From: Lytechinus pictus
Lineage: Eukaryota
Direction of reading: 5' to 3'
Assembly (NCBI RefSeq): GCF_037042905.1
Contig: NC_087252.1
Location: forward strand, 16,370,001 to 16,434,000
Length of the DNA: 64,000 bases
This document shows positions 63,591 through 64,000 of the stretch, piece by piece; positions within the stretch are counted from its first letter, which is position 1; each line of letters starts with the position of its first letter. Both the position numbers and the translations under genes were made by a program. The notes under the pieces are model-generated. The model saw only the letters and a list, made by a program, of their open reading frames with translations, was not told the DNA's origin and made no database searches.

Positions 63591-63801
63591 GGTCTTAAAC
63601 CCCCATGCAAAAAATAAAAACAATAACGGAAAATAATGGAAATTGTAACATTTTTTAAAATCATAGATCGTTTGCACCAAATTGATAATCTTTTGGTTAT
63701 CTTATTTTTTCTGGACTCTCATGGACGGCCTTCTCATGTCAAATCGCTGTACTAATATTCAAATTTGAGCCACACTCTAGATTGCAATTGTACTTAATTC
63801 A

Positions 63802-64000
63802 TTAAAGGGGAAGCTCAATCTCACATAAACTTCATTGTAGAATAGCCGAAAATATTAAAATGATATTGGTGAGGGTTTTAGGAAATCCATCAAAGATTAA
63901 AGAAACTATACTTTTATGTTTTAACGATGACGTCATTTGAGAGCAGTTTTCCCATATTTGGTGTATAAAAAGATTAATAAAATGTAATTTTCTAGAAAAA
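63802..64000. mobile_element. Possible Kolobok-type MITE left end (TTAA|AGGGGAA)
   Basis: TTAA followed by AGG terminus; the other end is outside the window. Confidence 0.35.

Noticed and set aside
63144..63680. (NGRGK)n / (PFLPL)n / (HFYLC)n proteins
   Set aside because: Open in several frames because of a 15-bp tandem repeat; no other coding evidence.

Overview
Eukaryotic, AT-rich, almost entirely repeat-derived DNA. The repeat style suggests a marine invertebrate such as an echinoderm (inference only). No prokaryotic genes, rRNA or CRISPR arrays were found. 1-35.4 kb is a tandem triplication of an ~8.2-kb unit made of a ~4-kb complex (AGT)n satellite plus a ~4.2-kb segment with an L1/Tx1 fragment between inverted arms. 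Copy B carries a private 5.07-kb PIF/Harbinger element (CTG TSD). Copy C carries a private, very young 4.7-kb non-autonomous Gypsy-type LTR element. That element's only long ORF encodes coiled-coil + integrase HHCC zinc domain + Arg/Ser/Pro-rich tail, with no protease, RT, RNase H or DDE core, and it appears to be expressed through a 5'-leader intron whose donor lies in a U1-mimicking hairpin. 40.2-49.6 kb is a TAG...CTA-ended TIR element with a 556-bp satellite rich in AGGTCA-N-TGACCT sites, hosting a CR1-group LINE. 52.4-64 kb is a nest of TIR elements (hAT, CACTA-like, MITEs), decayed L1 and L2 LINEs, minisatellites and one candidate host first exon. Most ORFs in the supplied track are low-complexity artefacts.
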